Assembly: GCA_964016885.1 (NCBI GenBank)
Contig: OZ024743.1
Span: 332,878,001 to 332,942,000 of the forward strand
Origin: Eledone cirrhosa
Lineage: Eukaryota
Direction: 5' to 3'
DNA length: 64,000 bases
Of the stretch, positions 60,596-64,000 are shown piece by piece; position 1 is the first letter of the stretch, and every line of letters begins with the position of its first letter. The translations under genes were made by a program, and so were the position numbers. The notes beneath the pieces were generated by a model that searched no databases, was not told the origin of the DNA, and worked only from the letters and a program-made list of their open reading frames with translations.

Positions 60596-61296
60596 ATATG
60601 TATGTGTATGTATGTATGTGTGTATGTATGTACTTGTATGTGTATATGTATACATGTGTGTATATAGATATATGTATATGTGTGTATGTGTCTGTATGTG
60701 TTTATGTGTACATATATGTATGTATATATATATATATATGTATATGTGTGTGTGTGTATGCCTCTCTCTATATATATATGTATGTGTGTATGTGTGTGTG
60801 CATGTATGTGTGAACGGAGGTATATATACGAACATATGTATGTGTGTGTGTGTGCGTGTATGGGTATATATGTATATTTAGTTATGTATCTTTATGTGTG
60901 TATATGTATGTATATGTATGTATATATATATATATATACACCCATGTGGAGGTATGAGTACATATTCGTGTGTGTACGTATGTGTATATGTGTTTTTATG
61001 TCTTTATATGTTTTTGTGGATGTATGTGTACATGGGGTGTGATTGATGGTGTGTGCCTATATATTCCTACATATGCCCGTGTGTGTATGTACGTATATGC
61101 GCACATGAACAAAGGACTAATTTTGGGATGGGCGTAGAAAAATTCTTCAGAAAAAAATAATTGTTTACAAACTTGGCAGGTGCGATTTGCCTGTGACCAT
61201 TCTCAACACAAAGGAATCCCCTGAATAAAGGAATTTTTCGAGAATGACCGGGGCAGGCCGCACTTGCTACATTTCTCCCCACCCAACCCTACTCAC

Positions 61297-61510
61297 CGTC
61301 TCAACTCATTACTGCTATTAACACTTTTTCAACACACCTACACCCATACACTTATTAAAAAGGGGGAGAAAAAACCCCCCACCACACCACAGACATGTTA
61401 AATCCCTATATATAGAACAACACACCACATACACATCAGTTTGACAAGCGCACCTCAGCGTGAAAGGTCGTTCTAAAAACGAAACAATACCTCCTACGTT
61501 AACCAAGAAC
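61297..61510 (-). other. Candidate non-coding exon 1 / promoter-proximal region of the GANAB-like gene
   Basis: Consensus donor G|GTGAGT at 61297/61296-61291 in unique, relatively CpG-containing sequence. The ATG exon at 2284 has an acceptor, so an upstream exon is needed. Confidence 0.35.
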
Positions 61511-61694
61511 TCCGAAGACCTAACTTAATTTATAAAATAATTTTTTTTAAGGAAAAAAAATTTTTTTTCTAATCCGGAAAAAAATTCTTTTTGGATTTTG
61601 TGAAGAAAATAAATTTGTTGAAAGCACAAGTGAAGCCATTTTTTCTTCCCCCCTGTCTTAATATAACTAACTGTACCAAGGATTACACACATTT

Positions 61695-61743
<49 letters not shown>

Positions 61744-61888
61744 CATATATATTTATATATATACATATATATACATATATATATATATATACATATATAT
61801 ACATATATATATATATATACATATATATTTATATATATACATATATATACATATATATATATATATACATATATATACATATATATAT

Positions 61889-62141
61889 GTAGGAGGTGAG
61901 TATTATTGTAGTACAATAAAGCAATGCAGATATCGGATAAGAAGCACTCTACAGTTTGTGGGACTGGAGTATGCATAATATAAGATCAAAAGATGGTTAA
62001 AGGAGTTCAATATATTTTATTATGCGCATTTCAAAAACAAACATCATCAAACAATAATATTTGTGTTTTCATCAGATAAAACAGGAGAACATGATATGAA
62101 GGCTAAAAAAACACTTGTTGATAGTGCAGTTTTAAATCAAC
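61889..62141 (-). mobile_element. ~250-bp hammerhead-bearing non-coding island between (AT)n tracts
   Basis: Unique sequence bounded on both sides by microsatellite; contains the motif at 62014-62082. Confidence 0.7.
62014..62082 (-). ncRNA. Minimal type I hammerhead ribozyme; predicted cleavage between 62021 and 62020
   Basis: gttttat-CTGATGA-aaacacaaatattatt..gatgatgtttgttttt-GAAA-TGCGCA-TA-ataaaat. Stem I is 7 bp, stem II long, stem III the palindrome ATGCGCAT. Confidence 0.8.

Positions 62142-64000
<1,859 letters not shown>

Overview
Eukaryotic, repeat-dense animal DNA. The CORE-type tRNA SINEs, RTE/CR1/Tx1 LINEs and very long interrupted (AT)n tracts suggest a coleoid cephalopod such as Octopus; this is inference. 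The only host-gene signal is on the minus strand: the first coding exon of glucosidase II alpha (GANAB-like, 2171-2277) and a candidate non-coding exon 1 near 61297-61510, so most of the window may be one ~59-kb 5'UTR intron. From ~12.5 to 64 kb, (AT)n-derived arrays are interrupted by young non-LTR retrotransposons: a full-length CR1-group LINE (Myb/CCCH ORF1, candidate -1 frameshift into ORF2), two copies of RTE family A, a full-length Tx1/L1 element, three copies of RTE family B and several fragments. Two tandem segmental duplications supply filled and empty sites. The most notable signal is at least four dissimilar small non-coding elements, each carrying a type I hammerhead ribozyme motif (~10.0, 13.2, 22.5-23.3 and 62.0 kb). 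All sit in (AT)n, and three have partial-tandem and/or inverted layouts typical of Penelope pLTRs or retrozymes. One forms a ~400-bp inverted repeat inside the 5'UTR of the CR1-group LINE. All 'YIYIYI' ORFs are microsatellite artefacts.
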